Shown: positions 1 through 10,359, counted from the first letter of the stretch. The stretch: 32,000 nucleotides of DNA from Tannockella kyphosi (GCF_021054785.1 NZ_CP088239.1:990001-1022000), one strand, 5' to 3'. Program-made: numbers and translations. Notes: generated by a model from the letters alone, not told the origin.

Positions 1-2
1 GT

Positions 3-272
3 ACCCTCCCAGACATGAGAAAATATGCTTCTACATTAAAAGAATGGAAGAAAGGAATCATCCATTCATTTATACCTATAGATTCCCCTGTTCCTAGAAC
101 TGCAACCAATGCGATTATAGAAAATAGAAATAAACTAATCAAAGATATTAAACGTGGTGGTAACGGATTCCGTTGTTGGCCAAGATTCCGTAATCGTATA
201 CTCTTTGCCCTAAATAGCGAAAGCACCATGCATCTCAATCCAATAAAAAAAGAGAAACAACAAGATACCTAG
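3..272 (+). CDS. ISL3-family transposase, C-terminal fragment (5' part lies outside the window)
   Basis: The frame is open from the window edge (T-L-P-D precede the listed Met). The C-terminus ...NAIIENRNKLIKDIKRGGNGFRCWPRFRNRILFAL matches the ISL3 transposase tail pattern (IEG-N-K-IK-IKR-x-GF/YRN-F-RNRIL). Family call is from memory of that motif. Confidence 0.6.
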   Translation, partial: TLPDMRKYASTLKEWKKGIIHSFIPIDSPVPRTATNAIIENRNKLIKDIKRGGNGFRCWPRFRNRILFALNSESTMHLNPIKKEKQQDT

Positions 273-330
273 TATCATTGTCATTTCCCTAAAACATAAG
301 TTTTAAAACACTCTTCTTAGTCCTATAAAC

Positions 331-355
331 TTTGGGGTTTCGATAAAACCCCAAG
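331..355. terminator. Hairpin TTTGGGGTTT-cgata-AAACCCCAAG between the transposase fragment and the convergent regulator gene; possible bidirectional terminator or ISL3 terminal structure
   Basis: 10-11 bp stem with a GGGG/CCCC core and a 5-nt loop, read directly. The flanking T-runs are only moderate on either strand. Confidence 0.3.
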
Positions 356-445
356 TTATCTTATAGCCAAATAAGTACTATACCCCAGAACTATTTATAG
401 TGCCAAACGATATTTCTACCATTTTACAATTACTAGAGTTTTTAA

Positions 446-2302
446 CTATATTCTAAATATAAATTCCGAAAGAGAATTTGACTTAGCCAGTAGCTTCGTC
501 TTCTTAGATGTACCAAGCTTTTCTATTAATAAATACAATTTGTTTAAATTTTCATCACTTTTTATACCATTTAAAACTATTACTTCTATTTTTCTGTTTA
601 AATGATATATTGGTTTCTTTAAAACCATCACTGCTGACATTGTTGAATTACTGTCTAATAGCATGGTATGAGGAATGGCAACACCATTAGACATAATAGT
701 AGAATATGCTTCCTCTCTTTCTATTATTGCCTGATAATACTTTTCTACATCCGAAAAATATCCATATTCATACATTTTCTGTGTCAAAAAATATAAGGCT
801 TCATAATAATTCATTTCTTTTTCACCTGTGAAAAATAGTCTCTCATCAAAATAATCAAAATAGCTCTCTAAATCCACTATATTTACTGAATAGAAATTTA
901 CATACCTTTTTATTTTATTTAAATCACTTTGTTGGACAAAGGGATTTATTTTTACAATAATATCATCCCCCTTTTTCTTCAAGAGATCAGTGCTTAAAAT
1001 AATATCATACTTATCTTCTATCTCTTCATTTTCATAATATATTTTAGATACGCAATTAATTATCTCAATTTTACCAACAAAATAATTATTTAACTTAATT
1101 TTTAAATACCTCAAATTACTGTTCTCTAAATCAGAAACTATTAAGATTTTTGTTTTTATATTTATAATTTCTAGTGCTGCCGCTACATGTAAAGTTATGT
1201 ATGATATTTCTGAATCATTCATATTCAATCCATGATTTTGATGGATTATTTTTTTTAACAAGATGCTCATTTCACTAGCTAAATAAAACTTACTTTTTAT
1301 TTCTTCTGTTAACGGATTAAACTCATCAACATCGTCATTTAATCTTTGCATTAAGTAGACAATATGATAATTAATTTGTTCAATAAAGCTACTATTTAAA
1401 CTAAAATCTAATCCATAAGTATCTTTTATAAGAGATATAAACTCTTTTACATCGTCTTCAAATAAATTGGAATTTATTTTATCATCACTTTTAATGGAAT
1501 TACTAATTATTTTATCAATATATCTTAAATCATCATTTGAAAATGATGCACTAAAGTTTTTCACTATAATTTCATATACACTTTTTGTAAGTGGATGATA
1601 TCTGTCCACACTATTTGAAGATGTCCCAGGATTAAATTTATCTCTTATAACCATCAAAACACATAAAACAGTTATGGTGATTAAATTTTTATTTGATATT
1701 GTTAAATTATTCTTAGCAAACAATTGATATATATCTTTATAAGTATCTTCTACTTTCTTGGATACACTAACATCATTAGTAATATAACCAGTTATGCTAG
1801 ATAACAACACAATACTTTCCTCAGTACTTAAATAACTTTTTACTATCTCGTTAAATAAGTATATGTAATCCTTGTCTTCTTCATGTTTAGAATTCTTTTT
1901 ATACTCTAAAAGTAAATCCTTAATGTATCTTACATCATTTTGAATAGTCGTTTGAGCGCAATATAGTGTTTTACATATTTCATTAATCGTACTAAATTGA
2001 TTGACGCAGGCAAAGAAAGTAAGTAAATATACCCTTCTTTCAAATGGATCAATAGGCATATATTGATCTACTCCTAGCTTACCAATATATGCTATGACTT
2101 CATCTTTTTTTTCGATAAAATATCCTTTTTTTGTGTTGCTTTCTATGCATATCCCTATTTTTCTAAAATCAGAATTTATTTCAGAAATATCACTTCTAAT
2201 CGTTCTTGTACTAACTGATAACTCTTTTGCCAACATATCACTGGATACAAATTGATTGGAATTACATAAGATTGTGAGTATACTTAATAATCTTTTCTTC
2301 AA
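446..2302 (-). CDS. PRD-domain transcriptional regulator of the LicR/MtlR/Mga type (N-terminal HTH, PRD region, C-terminal PTS EIIA type-2-like domain)
   Basis: 618 aa. N-terminal wHTH-like KRLLSILTIL...ELSVSTRTIRSDI and a C-terminal GVAIPH motif typical of EIIA(Fru/Mtl)-like domains. Apparent TTG start preceded by AAAGGTG. Lies directly downstream of, and co-oriented with, the GH1 gene. Confidence 0.75.
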   Translation of the reverse strand: MKKRLLSILTILCNSNQFVSSDMLAKELSVSTRTIRSDISEINSDFRKIGICIESNTKKGYFIEKKDEVIAYIGKLGVDQYMPIDPFERRVYLLTFFACVNQFSTINEICKTLYCAQTTIQNDVRYIKDLLLEYKKNSKHEEDKDYIYLFNEIVKSYLSTEESIVLLSSITGYITNDVSVSKKVEDTYKDIYQLFAKNNLTISNKNLITITVLCVLMVIRDKFNPGTSSNSVDRYHPLTKSVYEIIVKNFSASFSNDDLRYIDKIISNSIKSDDKINSNLFEDDVKEFISLIKDTYGLDFSLNSSFIEQINYHIVYLMQRLNDDVDEFNPLTEEIKSKFYLASEMSILLKKIIHQNHGLNMNDSEISYITLHVAAALEIINIKTKILIVSDLENSNLRYLKIKLNNYFVGKIEIINCVSKIYYENEEIEDKYDIILSTDLLKKKGDDIIVKINPFVQQSDLNKIKRYVNFYSVNIVDLESYFDYFDERLFFTGEKEMNYYEALYFLTQKMYEYGYFSDVEKYYQAIIEREEAYSTIMSNGVAIPHTMLLDSNSTMSAVMVLKKPIYHLNRKIEVIVLNGIKSDENLNKLYLLIEKLGTSKKTKLLAKSNSLSEFIFRI

Positions 2303-2333
2303 TTCAATTCACACCTTTCTATATTGAACTATT

Positions 2334-3819
<1,486 letters not shown>

Positions 3820-4311
3820 TTGTTTTAATTACATTTTAGGGTATTAAAAATGTGAATATTATGTCAATATCTATTAGAAATGGTTAGTTAAGAAAATCAA
3901 AGAACTGATTTTTCATTGTATTGACAACAAAAAGAAACAACAGTTTAAATCATACTATTTCCTACAAAGATACATCTAGCATGAAAATGGAAATTATTTG
4001 AATTCAATTCATTTATCACTAATAATCAACCTCTACAAAGATAGTAACATAGAAATAATCATTTTGATAGAGAGCAATTATTATTTTCCTTCTACCATTA
4101 TGGGTGTAAAAGTAGAGCATATAAATATTTTGATATTAATCCGAACTCATTATTGATATCCCTCATTTTGCTACCTTGTCTTGCTACAAACCGAGTATCT
4201 ATTAACCATATATTTAATCATATATTCAAAAATATCACCTCCGCATATAAATGTCAACATTAATATGTACTTTGGGGGGCGGACAAAAAGTTGGAGTAAA
4301 AAGGCGAATTT

Positions 4312-5235
4312 ATGTATAGTGAAGAAAAGAAAAAAATTGCAGTAGAAACATATATTAAAAACGGTACAAGAGCAGCTCCAACAATCCGTGAATTAGGTTA
4401 TCCTAGTAGAAGAATAATCAGAATATGGTATAAAATATACACCGAAAATAATTCAATTTTTCCTGATAAACAAAGAAAACCAAGATACACAAAAGAACAA
4501 AGAAAAGAAGCAGTTGAACACTATTTAAATACTGGGAGATGCATTTCTTATACCACAAGGGTCTTAGGATATCCATCAAGAACCATCTTATCAAGATGGT
4601 TAAGAGAAGATGTTCCCGACTTTAAAAAAGCTTGCTTAACAGGAAAATCCAAAGTATCCTATACAAAACAAAAGAAGAAAGAAATACTTCAAGATGTAGT
4701 AATAGGTGAAAAAACGATAATATCCCTAGCAAAAGATCACAATGTAACTCCTATGGGTATATATAATTGGAAAAATGAAGTGTTATCAAAGGAAAGCTTA
4801 GAGATGATACAAGATAATAAGAAAAAGAAATCAAATATAGATATAATAACATTACAAGATGAACTATCCACTTTACAAAAAGAAGTTGCAAAACTACAAT
4901 TAGAAAAAGATATTTTAGAAACTGCTGTAAAAGTATTAAAAAAAGTAGAGGGCATTGATTACACGATCATTTCTAATATGGGAAAAACAATCATTATCAA
5001 TACCCTAAAAGATACTTATAAAATAAAAGAATTACTAGTACGACTACATATATCAAGCAGTAGCTATTTTCACTGTGTTAATCGACTAAAAAAGAAGATA
5101 AGTATAAAGAAATTCGTACTATCATGCATGATATGTTTTCACAATCCTATCAAGCATACAGTTATCGTAGAATTCATGGTGAATTATCAAACAAGAAAAT
5201 TAGTATATCTGAAAAGGTTGTACGTAAAATTATGA
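4312..5235 (+). CDS. IS3-family transposase OrfA (two HTH repeats plus leucine-zipper-like segment)
   Basis: Duplicated HTH-like segments (RELGYPSRRIIRIWY / RVLGYPSRTILSRWL). A heptad Leu region LQDELSTLQKEVAKLQLEKDILE follows. The last ~47 codons after the slippery site are out-of-frame orfB sequence. Confidence 0.7.
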   Translation: MYSEEKKKIAVETYIKNGTRAAPTIRELGYPSRRIIRIWYKIYTENNSIFPDKQRKPRYTKEQRKEAVEHYLNTGRCISYTTRVLGYPSRTILSRWLREDVPDFKKACLTGKSKVSYTKQKKKEILQDVVIGEKTIISLAKDHNVTPMGIYNWKNEVLSKESLEMIQDNKKKKSNIDIITLQDELSTLQKEVAKLQLEKDILETAVKVLKKVEGIDYTIISNMGKTIIINTLKDTYKIKELLVRLHISSSSYFHCVNRLKKKISIKKFVLSCMICFHNPIKHTVIVEFMVNYQTRKLVYLKRLYVKL

Positions 5236-5839
5236 AAGAGGAAGTCTAACTGTTTATAATAAGAAGAAAAAGAAATACTCTTCTTACTTAGGTGAAATAT
5301 CTCCAGCCGTAGAAAACTTGGTAAAAAGAAACTTTCATTGTAATGAACCAAATAAATTACTATTGACAGATATTACTGAATTTTCAATCCCAGCAGGAAA
5401 AGTATATTTGTCACCACTTGTAGATTGTTATGATGGTCTTATAACCTCGTGGTCTATTAGTCCATCACCAAATGCTCAGTTAGTAAATAGTATGCTAGAA
5501 ACAGCTTTAGATTCATTTAGTAACGATAATAGCGTTGTTATACATTCAGACCGCAGATCACATTACCGTTGGCCTCAATGGATTGAAATGATGGATAAGA
5601 ACAACTTAATTAGATCCATGTCTAAAAAAGGATGTTCACCCGATAATTCAGCTTGTGAAGGCTTTTTTGGACGATTAAAAAATGAAATGTTTTATAACAA
5701 GGATTGGACTAATATCAGTATTGATAAATTTATAGAAGAAGTTGATATCTATATAAAATGGTATAATAAAAAAAGAATAAAAAAGTCATTAGGTTGGTTA
5801 AGTCCAATAGACTACAGACGTGAAAAAGGTGTATTATAA
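5082..5839 (+). pseudogene. IS3-family transposase OrfB (DDE integrase core), disrupted by a frameshift near 5240-5249
   Basis: The OrfB frame hits TAA at 5247. Restoring one G (gaa gGt cta) would give ...MKEEGLTVYNKKKKKYSSYLGEISPAVENLVKRNF..., continuous with the 5318-5839 ORF. DDE residues sit in LLTDITEF, VIHSDRRSHY and SPDNSACEGFF. Confidence 0.7.
5088..5094 (+). promoter_or_regulatory. Candidate programmed -1 ribosomal frameshift heptamer A_AAA_AAG
   Basis: In the orfA frame the codons are ctA AAA AAG. Slipping -1 reads ...KK-EDKYKEIRTIMHDMFSQSYQAYSYRRIHGELSNKKISISEKVVRKIMKEE, a typical IS3 OrfB N-terminus. The -1 frame is open from 5082. Confidence 0.55.
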
Positions 5840-5894
5840 ACTCCAATAAAACGTCCGCACCCACTTTAGTACATCTTTATGTTAGCATTTATAT

Positions 5895-6188
5895 TGCTAC
5901 TTTCTCGCTTGTGAGACCTCCCAGGGTAAGGCTATACATCTTTCCCTCCATATATCTTCTATATTTACATTAGATAAGTACTTCATAGTCTGTTAGATTT
6001 TGTGTTGTTAAGCACACTTGTCTCTTATCTCCTGCCTGATATAGTTCGTGTTCCTAAGACCAGAGTTTTGTCTAATTCTTCCTTCAGATTCCACCTCACG
6101 ATAGACACCCTTGACTTCGACTAGTGGTTGGCGACTATTCCCCCACGGTGGACTTTCACCACTTAGATGTATACCATGCCTGACACAC
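5895..6188 (-). mobile_element. Group II intron 5' fragment (domain I), no reverse-transcriptase ORF
   Basis: Minus strand starts GTGTGTCAGGCATGG (GUGYG consensus). It contains GGTGAAAGTCCACC, GGGTGTCTATCGTGAGGTGGAATCTGAAGGAAG, AACAACACAAAATC and CTTACCCTGGGAGGTCT. I recognise these from memory as conserved domain-I motifs of Firmicute group II introns. No RT/maturase ORF or domain V was found nearby. Confidence 0.55.
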
Positions 6189-6194
6189 TAAAAA

Positions 6195-6215
6195 AATAGG
6201 AACATTGTTCCTATT
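6195..6215 (-). terminator. Rho-independent terminator of the DUF1540-like gene
   Basis: Minus strand AATAGGAA-caatg-TTCCTATT followed by TTTTTT, 17 nt after the stop codon. Confidence 0.6.
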
Positions 6216-6231
6216 TAACACTTATCTATGA

Positions 6232-6381
6232 TTATTTACATTTGAAAGTTCTACACTCTGTTTCTTTTGAATTATGAGCGTTTTCGCAAGCACAATTATT
6301 AACTATAATCGAATTGGCTTGACACTTTTCCTTTTTATTATAAACACAATTACATACATCACAACAGACATCTCTAGCCAT
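6232..6381 (-). CDS. Small Cys-rich protein, DUF1540-like (49 aa), not in the ORF track
   Basis: GGAGGTG RBS 7 nt upstream of ATG. Product is MARDVCCDVCNCVYNKKEKCQANSIIVNNCACENAHNSKETECRTFKCK. The C-x-V-x-x-C-x-YN...C-x-A-x-x-I-x-V...T-x-C-x-TF pattern matches DUF1540 as I remember it. It has its own terminator. Confidence 0.7.
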   Translation of the reverse strand: MARDVCCDVCNCVYNKKEKCQANSIIVNNCACENAHNSKETECRTFKCK

Positions 6382-6431
6382 TTTTTTCACCTCCATTGAT
6401 AGTATAAGTATTTTTATAGGAAGTATACAAA

Positions 6432-6455
6432 AAAGAGTATGTGAAGATACTCTTT
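6432..6455 (-). terminator. Rho-independent terminator overlapping the stop of the Cse60-like gene
   Basis: Minus strand AAAGAGTAT-cttcac-ATACTCTTT followed by TTTTG. Confidence 0.6.
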
Positions 6456-6618
6456 ATTCGTAAACTATCAAACAACTAAAGCTGTATTCAAGTTCATTGC
6501 TATATGTCATAGCAACTTGATAATGTAATGAAATAATACGTATTTCCGTATTTAAGAAATCATTCAAATCATCTTGTAAATCAAGTTCGTGACTTTTTTC
6601 TATTATTTTTATTTTCAT
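6454..6618 (-). CDS. Cse60-like small sporulation protein (54 aa), not in the ORF track
   Basis: Product is MKIKIIEKSHELDLQDDLNDFLNTEIRIISLHYQVAMTYSNELEYSFSCLIVYE. It resembles the Cse60 pattern (K-x-F-D-x-x-HE-x-DLED-x-x-N-x-FL...Y-x-FSA-x-I-x-Y). A terminator lies at the stop, but there is no convincing Shine-Dalgarno. Confidence 0.5.
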   Translation of the reverse strand: MKIKIIEKSHELDLQDDLNDFLNTEIRIISLHYQVAMTYSNELEYSFSCLIVYE

Positions 6619-6657
6619 AAAGACATATTATCAATGATAATATAAGAAATTTAGCGA

Positions 6658-7536
6658 TTATTGATTCACTTCAATTTTAAAACAACAACTAAATTCTTTT
6701 CCTTTTTCTAATTTACATACTCCTGCTTTTTCTTTTAATTCTCCTGTAAATCCAGCAAAATCAGTATGTCCAACCCAAGGTTCAATTGCAATTAAACCAC
6801 CAACATGTTTAGCAGCCCAAATACCTAAGAAATTAAATCCTTCCATATAAAAACGAATATATTTATCATGATTAAAAGATTTTAAATCAACATAATTAGA
6901 TTGTAATTGTTCTAAAACAATAGCATCTGTATTAAATAATTGTTGACGAATAAAAAATCTTTTTTCATTGTCTAAAAACAAACTACTTTGATCAGACATA
7001 AATCCTACAGAAGAATCAATTATTCTTTGTTTTACAGTTTCATTTTTTTCAAACTCTAAATAATAATCATTACTAGATTCATCTTCTAACAGTGGACAAG
7101 CAAAAGCAGGATGACCACCAACTTGGAAATAAATTTCTTTTGAATCAATATTTTCAACATGACAATGACAACTTAATTCTTTCCCTGTTAATTGATAAGT
7201 AACTGTTAATACAAAATGATATGGGTATACTTTTAATAATTCTTCATTTGATTTTAATTGATATACAACTTTTGTATCACTACTTTCAATTACATCATAT
7301 TCACTATGACGTGAAAACCCATGTCCAGTTAAATGATATTCTTTTCCTTCCACTCGATAGGTATCGTTGACAACTTTTCCTATAATTGGAAATAGAATTG
7401 GTGCACTATTTGCCCATTGTATTGGATCTCGTTTCCACATATAATTTAAACCATCTTGTTTCCCAATAATTTTAATGATTTCAGCTCCCTTAGGATGTAA
7501 ACCTACTTCTAAAAATTCATTTGTTAAAATATTCAT
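6658..7536 (-). CDS. Aldose 1-epimerase family protein (LacX/galactose-mutarotase-like)
   Basis: 292 aa with the typical LacX-like layout (...PILFPIIGKV...HGF.R...GGHPAF...EPW...). AAGGAGA RBS 8 nt upstream. Confidence 0.75.
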   Translation of the reverse strand: MNILTNEFLEVGLHPKGAEIIKIIGKQDGLNYMWKRDPIQWANSAPILFPIIGKVVNDTYRVEGKEYHLTGHGFSRHSEYDVIESSDTKVVYQLKSNEELLKVYPYHFVLTVTYQLTGKELSCHCHVENIDSKEIYFQVGGHPAFACPLLEDESSNDYYLEFEKNETVKQRIIDSSVGFMSDQSSLFLDNEKRFFIRQQLFNTDAIVLEQLQSNYVDLKSFNHDKYIRFYMEGFNFLGIWAAKHVGGLIAIEPWVGHTDFAGFTGELKEKAGVCKLEKGKEFSCCFKIEVNQ

Positions 7537-7560
7537 ACATTATTTCTCCTTATGCCAATA

Positions 7561-7569
7561 ATTATAGCA
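7561..7569 (-). promoter_or_regulatory. Extended -10 element TGcTATAAT upstream of the epimerase gene
   Basis: Minus strand reads ...tttttttaTGCTATAATtattggcatAAGGAGAaataatgtATG. Confidence 0.4.
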
Positions 7570-7577
7570 TAAAAAAA

Positions 7578-7601
7578 AATAATGAGAAGGCTCTCATTAT
7601 T
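7578..7601 (-). terminator. Rho-independent terminator of the rimP-...-rbfA operon (overlaps the rbfA stop)
   Basis: Minus strand AATAATGAGA-gcct-TCTCATTATT followed by a run of 9 T. Confidence 0.65.
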
Positions 7602-7941
7602 TATTTTTTTCATTTAGATCATAAATAATAGATTCAATTTTATTACCGTATTCAAGGGAACTATCAAATATAAACTTTAGTTCTGGAACACGACGAATCG
7701 TTAAGCGTTTTGATAAACAAGAACGAATAAATCCTTTTGATCTATTTAAAGCATCTACTCTTTCTTCATTATTTCCACTTCCTAAAAAGGTTACATATAC
7801 TTTGGCTAAAGATAAATCAGTTGTTACATCTATTGCTGTAATGGTACAAAAACCAATTTCTTTATTTGATACTTCTAAGCGAATAATCTCCGATAATTCT
7901 CTTTGAATTATTCCATTCATTTTATCTTTCTTTAATACCAT
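7597..7941 (-). CDS. rbfA: Ribosome-binding factor A
   Basis: 114 aa with the RbfA-like core (IQRELSEII...ITAIDVTTDLSLAKVYV...RRVPELKF). GAGGTG RBS. Sits directly after infB, as in the conserved operon. Confidence 0.9.
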   Translation of the reverse strand: MVLKKDKMNGIIQRELSEIIRLEVSNKEIGFCTITAIDVTTDLSLAKVYVTFLGSGNNEERVDALNRSKGFIRSCLSKRLTIRRVPELKFIFDSSLEYGNKIESIIYDLNEKNK

Positions 7942-7951
7942 AGTTACACCT

Positions 7952-9802
7952 CTATTTCTTTTCTACTTCTTCCATGATATATCCTTCGATAATATCACCT
8001 TCTTTAATGTCATTGTAGTTTTCAATGCTACAACCACATTCATAACCAGAGGCAACTTCTTTCGCATCATCTTGGAAACGTTTTAAAGAAGCTAAATTAC
8101 CTTCAAATACAACAATTCCATCGCGAATTAAACGGATACCACAATTACGACGAATAAATCCATCAGTTACATAACATCCAGCTACATTACCTACTTTAGA
8201 AACTTTAATTACTTGACGAATTTCAGCTTGACCAGTTACTCTTTCCACGATTTCTGGAGCTAACATTCCCTTCATAGCAGCTTCAATTTCTTCTACCATT
8301 TTATAAATAATATTGTGTAAACGAATTTCTACTTTTTCTTCATCCGCTTTTAAACGTACTTTAGCATCTGGACGAACATTGAACCCATAAATAATTGCTG
8401 ATGATGCTGACGCTAATAAAACGTCTGATTCAGAAATTCCTCCTACAGTAGAACGAATTACATTCACACGAACACCTTCTACATCAATACGTTCAAGAGA
8501 AGCTTTTACCGCTTCAGCAGTACCTTGTACATCCGCTTTAACAATGATATTTAAATCAATAATTTGTCCTGTTTGTACTTGCGCAAATAAATCATCCAAT
8601 GATAAAGCTGCACTGTTTCCACGTTCTTTATCTTGTCTTGCTTTTAAACGAGTTTCACCAACACTACGTGCCTGTTTTTCACTTTCAAAAGCCATAAATT
8701 TATCACCAGCAACTGGAACTTCATTTAACCCTGTAATTTCTACTGGTGTAGCCGGAGCTGCTTGTTTAATTATTTTCCCTTTGTCATCTAACATTTGACG
8801 AACACGTCCAAAAGATGTACCAACAACAATTGGATCCCCTGCACGTAACGTACCATTTTCAACTAATAAAGTAGCAACAGGTCCTCTACCTTTATCTAAT
8901 TTACCTTCAACAACACTACCATATGCATATCTTTCAGGATTTGCTTTCAGGTCAGCTAATTCAGCTACTACTGTTAAAGTTTCTAATAAATCTTCAATAC
9001 CAAGTTTTTGTTTCGCAGAGATTTCACAGAAAACTGTTTCTCCACCCCATTCTTCTGGCATTAATCCTAATTCAGATAATTCTCCTTTGATACGTTCAGG
9101 ATCAGCTCCTTCTTTATCAATTTTATTCACTGCAACTACGATTGGTACACCAGCTGCTTTGGCATGATCAATTGCTTCTCTTGTTTGAGGCATTACACCA
9201 TCATCTGCAGCTACAACAATAATTACAATATCCGTAACTTGAGCACCACGAGCACGCATTGCTGTAAAAGCCTCATGACCTGGTGTATCTAAGAAAGTAA
9301 TTTTCTTTCCATCTAAGTCTACTTGATATGCACCAATATGTTGTGTGATTCCACCGAATTCTCCATCAACTACAGTTGATTTACGAATTGTATCTAATAA
9401 AGTTGTTTTACCATGGTCAACATGTCCCATAATTGTTACAACTGGACATCTAGCAACTAGATCTTCTTCATTATCTACTATTTCTAATTCTTCAAAATTT
9501 ACTTCTGTAGCATTATTTTGTTTTTCTATTTCTAATCCGTATTCCATACAAATTAATTCTACTTGTTCATCATTTAATGATGTATTAATTGTAACCATTG
9601 TACCAAGCATAAATAATATTTTAATTACATTTGCTGGTGTTTGACCGATTTTTTCAGCTAAAGCACCAACAGTAATTCCGTCCTCATAAGAGACAACTCC
9701 GTCTTTTAAAACCAACTCTTCTTTTTTATTTGAAAAGTTTGATTGTAATTGTTTCTTTTTAGGAGCACCTTTTTTGTTTGCTTTTTTTACTTGTTTTGCC
9801 AT
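7952..9802 (-). CDS. infB: Translation initiation factor IF-2 (short N-terminal form)
   Basis: GTPase motifs [14 protein letters not shown] and NKID, with a conserved C-terminal IF-2 domain. AGGAGG RBS. Confidence 0.97.
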   Translation of the reverse strand: MAKQVKKANKKGAPKKKQLQSNFSNKKEELVLKDGVVSYEDGITVGALAEKIGQTPANVIKILFMLGTMVTINTSLNDEQVELICMEYGLEIEKQNNATEVNFEELEIVDNEEDLVARCPVVTIMGHVDHGKTTLLDTIRKSTVVDGEFGGITQHIGAYQVDLDGKKITFLDTPGHEAFTAMRARGAQVTDIVIIVVAADDGVMPQTREAIDHAKAAGVPIVVAVNKIDKEGADPERIKGELSELGLMPEEWGGETVFCEISAKQKLGIEDLLETLTVVAELADLKANPERYAYGSVVEGKLDKGRGPVATLLVENGTLRAGDPIVVGTSFGRVRQMLDDKGKIIKQAAPATPVEITGLNEVPVAGDKFMAFESEKQARSVGETRLKARQDKERGNSAALSLDDLFAQVQTGQIIDLNIIVKADVQGTAEAVKASLERIDVEGVRVNVIRSTVGGISESDVLLASASSAIIYGFNVRPDAKVRLKADEEKVEIRLHNIIYKMVEEIEAAMKGMLAPEIVERVTGQAEIRQVIKVSKVGNVAGCYVTDGFIRRNCGIRLIRDGIVVFEGNLASLKRFQDDAKEVASGYECGCSIENYNDIKEGDIIEGYIMEEVEKK

Positions 9803-9803
9803 A

Positions 9804-10115
9804 TCAGTTACCTCCTATTATTTTTTCTTTTATTTTTTTACTGAAACCATGATCACTTATTCCAATAGCAACTCGATTATTTTTACCTATTGCTTTTGAT
9901 ATTTCATCAATAGTTCCTGCTACTACATATTGTATACCATAAAACTTACATTTATCACTTATTTTTTTAAAACTATTTTCACTTGCATCTGTTGCAATAA
10001 TAACAAAAGAACTTTCTTTTTTTCGAATACTAGCAATTAATAAATCACCACTAACGACTTTTCTTGCTCTACTAGCCAAACCTAGTAAAGAATAGACATC
10101 TTTATTCAATGACAT
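9804..10115 (-). CDS. ylxQ: L7Ae-family RNA-binding protein YlxQ
   Basis: [18 protein letters not shown]... matches B. subtilis YlxQ ([15 protein letters not shown]). I prefer the ATG at 10115 (MSLNKD...) over the TTG at 10133. The start is uncertain and overlaps the ylxR stop. Confidence 0.8.
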   Translation of the reverse strand: MSLNKDVYSLLGLASRARKVVSGDLLIASIRKKESSFVIIATDASENSFKKISDKCKFYGIQYVVAGTIDEISKAIGKNNRVAIGISDHGFSKKIKEKIIGGN

Positions 10116-10359
10116 ACTCCAATAATGCAACAAATATTTCTTCTGGTATTTCTACATCAAGAGATCTTTTTAGTGATCCTCTTTTTTTCGCTAATTCAAT
10201 AGCTTCTTTGCTTCTTTTTAAGTAAGCACCTCTACCATTTAAGCGACCTGTAGGATCAATAGAAACTTCTCCTTCTTTGTTTCTAACTACACGAATCAAT
10301 TCTTTTTTTGGCAATTGTTCGTTTGTAGCAACGCATTTTCTTAATGGGACTTTTTTCAT
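10102..10359 (-). CDS. ylxR: YlxR/RnpM family (DUF448) RNA-binding protein
   Basis: The PLRKCVATNE...GRGAYL motif is diagnostic of YlxR. AGGAGG RBS. Conserved position between nusA and ylxQ. Confidence 0.88.
   Translation of the reverse strand: MKKVPLRKCVATNEQLPKKELIRVVRNKEGEVSIDPTGRLNGRGAYLKRSKEAIELAKKRGSLKRSLDVEIPEEIFVALLEYVIE

Larger units (their letters stand above)
4266..5873 (+). mobile_element. IS3-family insertion sequence (IS150-like), decayed
   Basis: Imperfect terminal inverted repeats TGTACTTTGGGGGGCGGAC...TTGGAG (left) and CTCCAA...GTCCGCACCCACTTTAGTACA (right). The TGTACT end resembles IS150. Encodes orfA/orfB with a DDE integrase core. Confidence 0.8.

Noticed and set aside
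508-690. Plus-strand 60-aa ORF inside the PRD regulator gene. The same applies to 2364-2573, 8544-8798, 9345-9644, 11027-11434, 13634-13840, 14844-15086 and 25974-26156.
   Set aside because: All lie antisense within long, well-supported minus-strand genes. They have no RBS, and their low-complexity, Leu/Phe/Ile/Ser-rich products are typical of AT-rich antisense frames. I treat them as spurious.
3820-4244. Search for group II intron domain V/VI or RT remnants beyond the IS150-like element
   Set aside because: I found no 34-nt GC-rich D5-like hairpin with an AGC/CGC triad and GNRA loop, and no RT-like reading frame. The intron is called as a 5' fragment only.
4938-4944. A7 run after the leucine zipper of IS3 OrfA, as the programmed frameshift site
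   Set aside because: The -1 frame from here hits a stop after six codons (KKSRGH*). The real candidate is the in-register A_AAA_AAG at 5088-5094.
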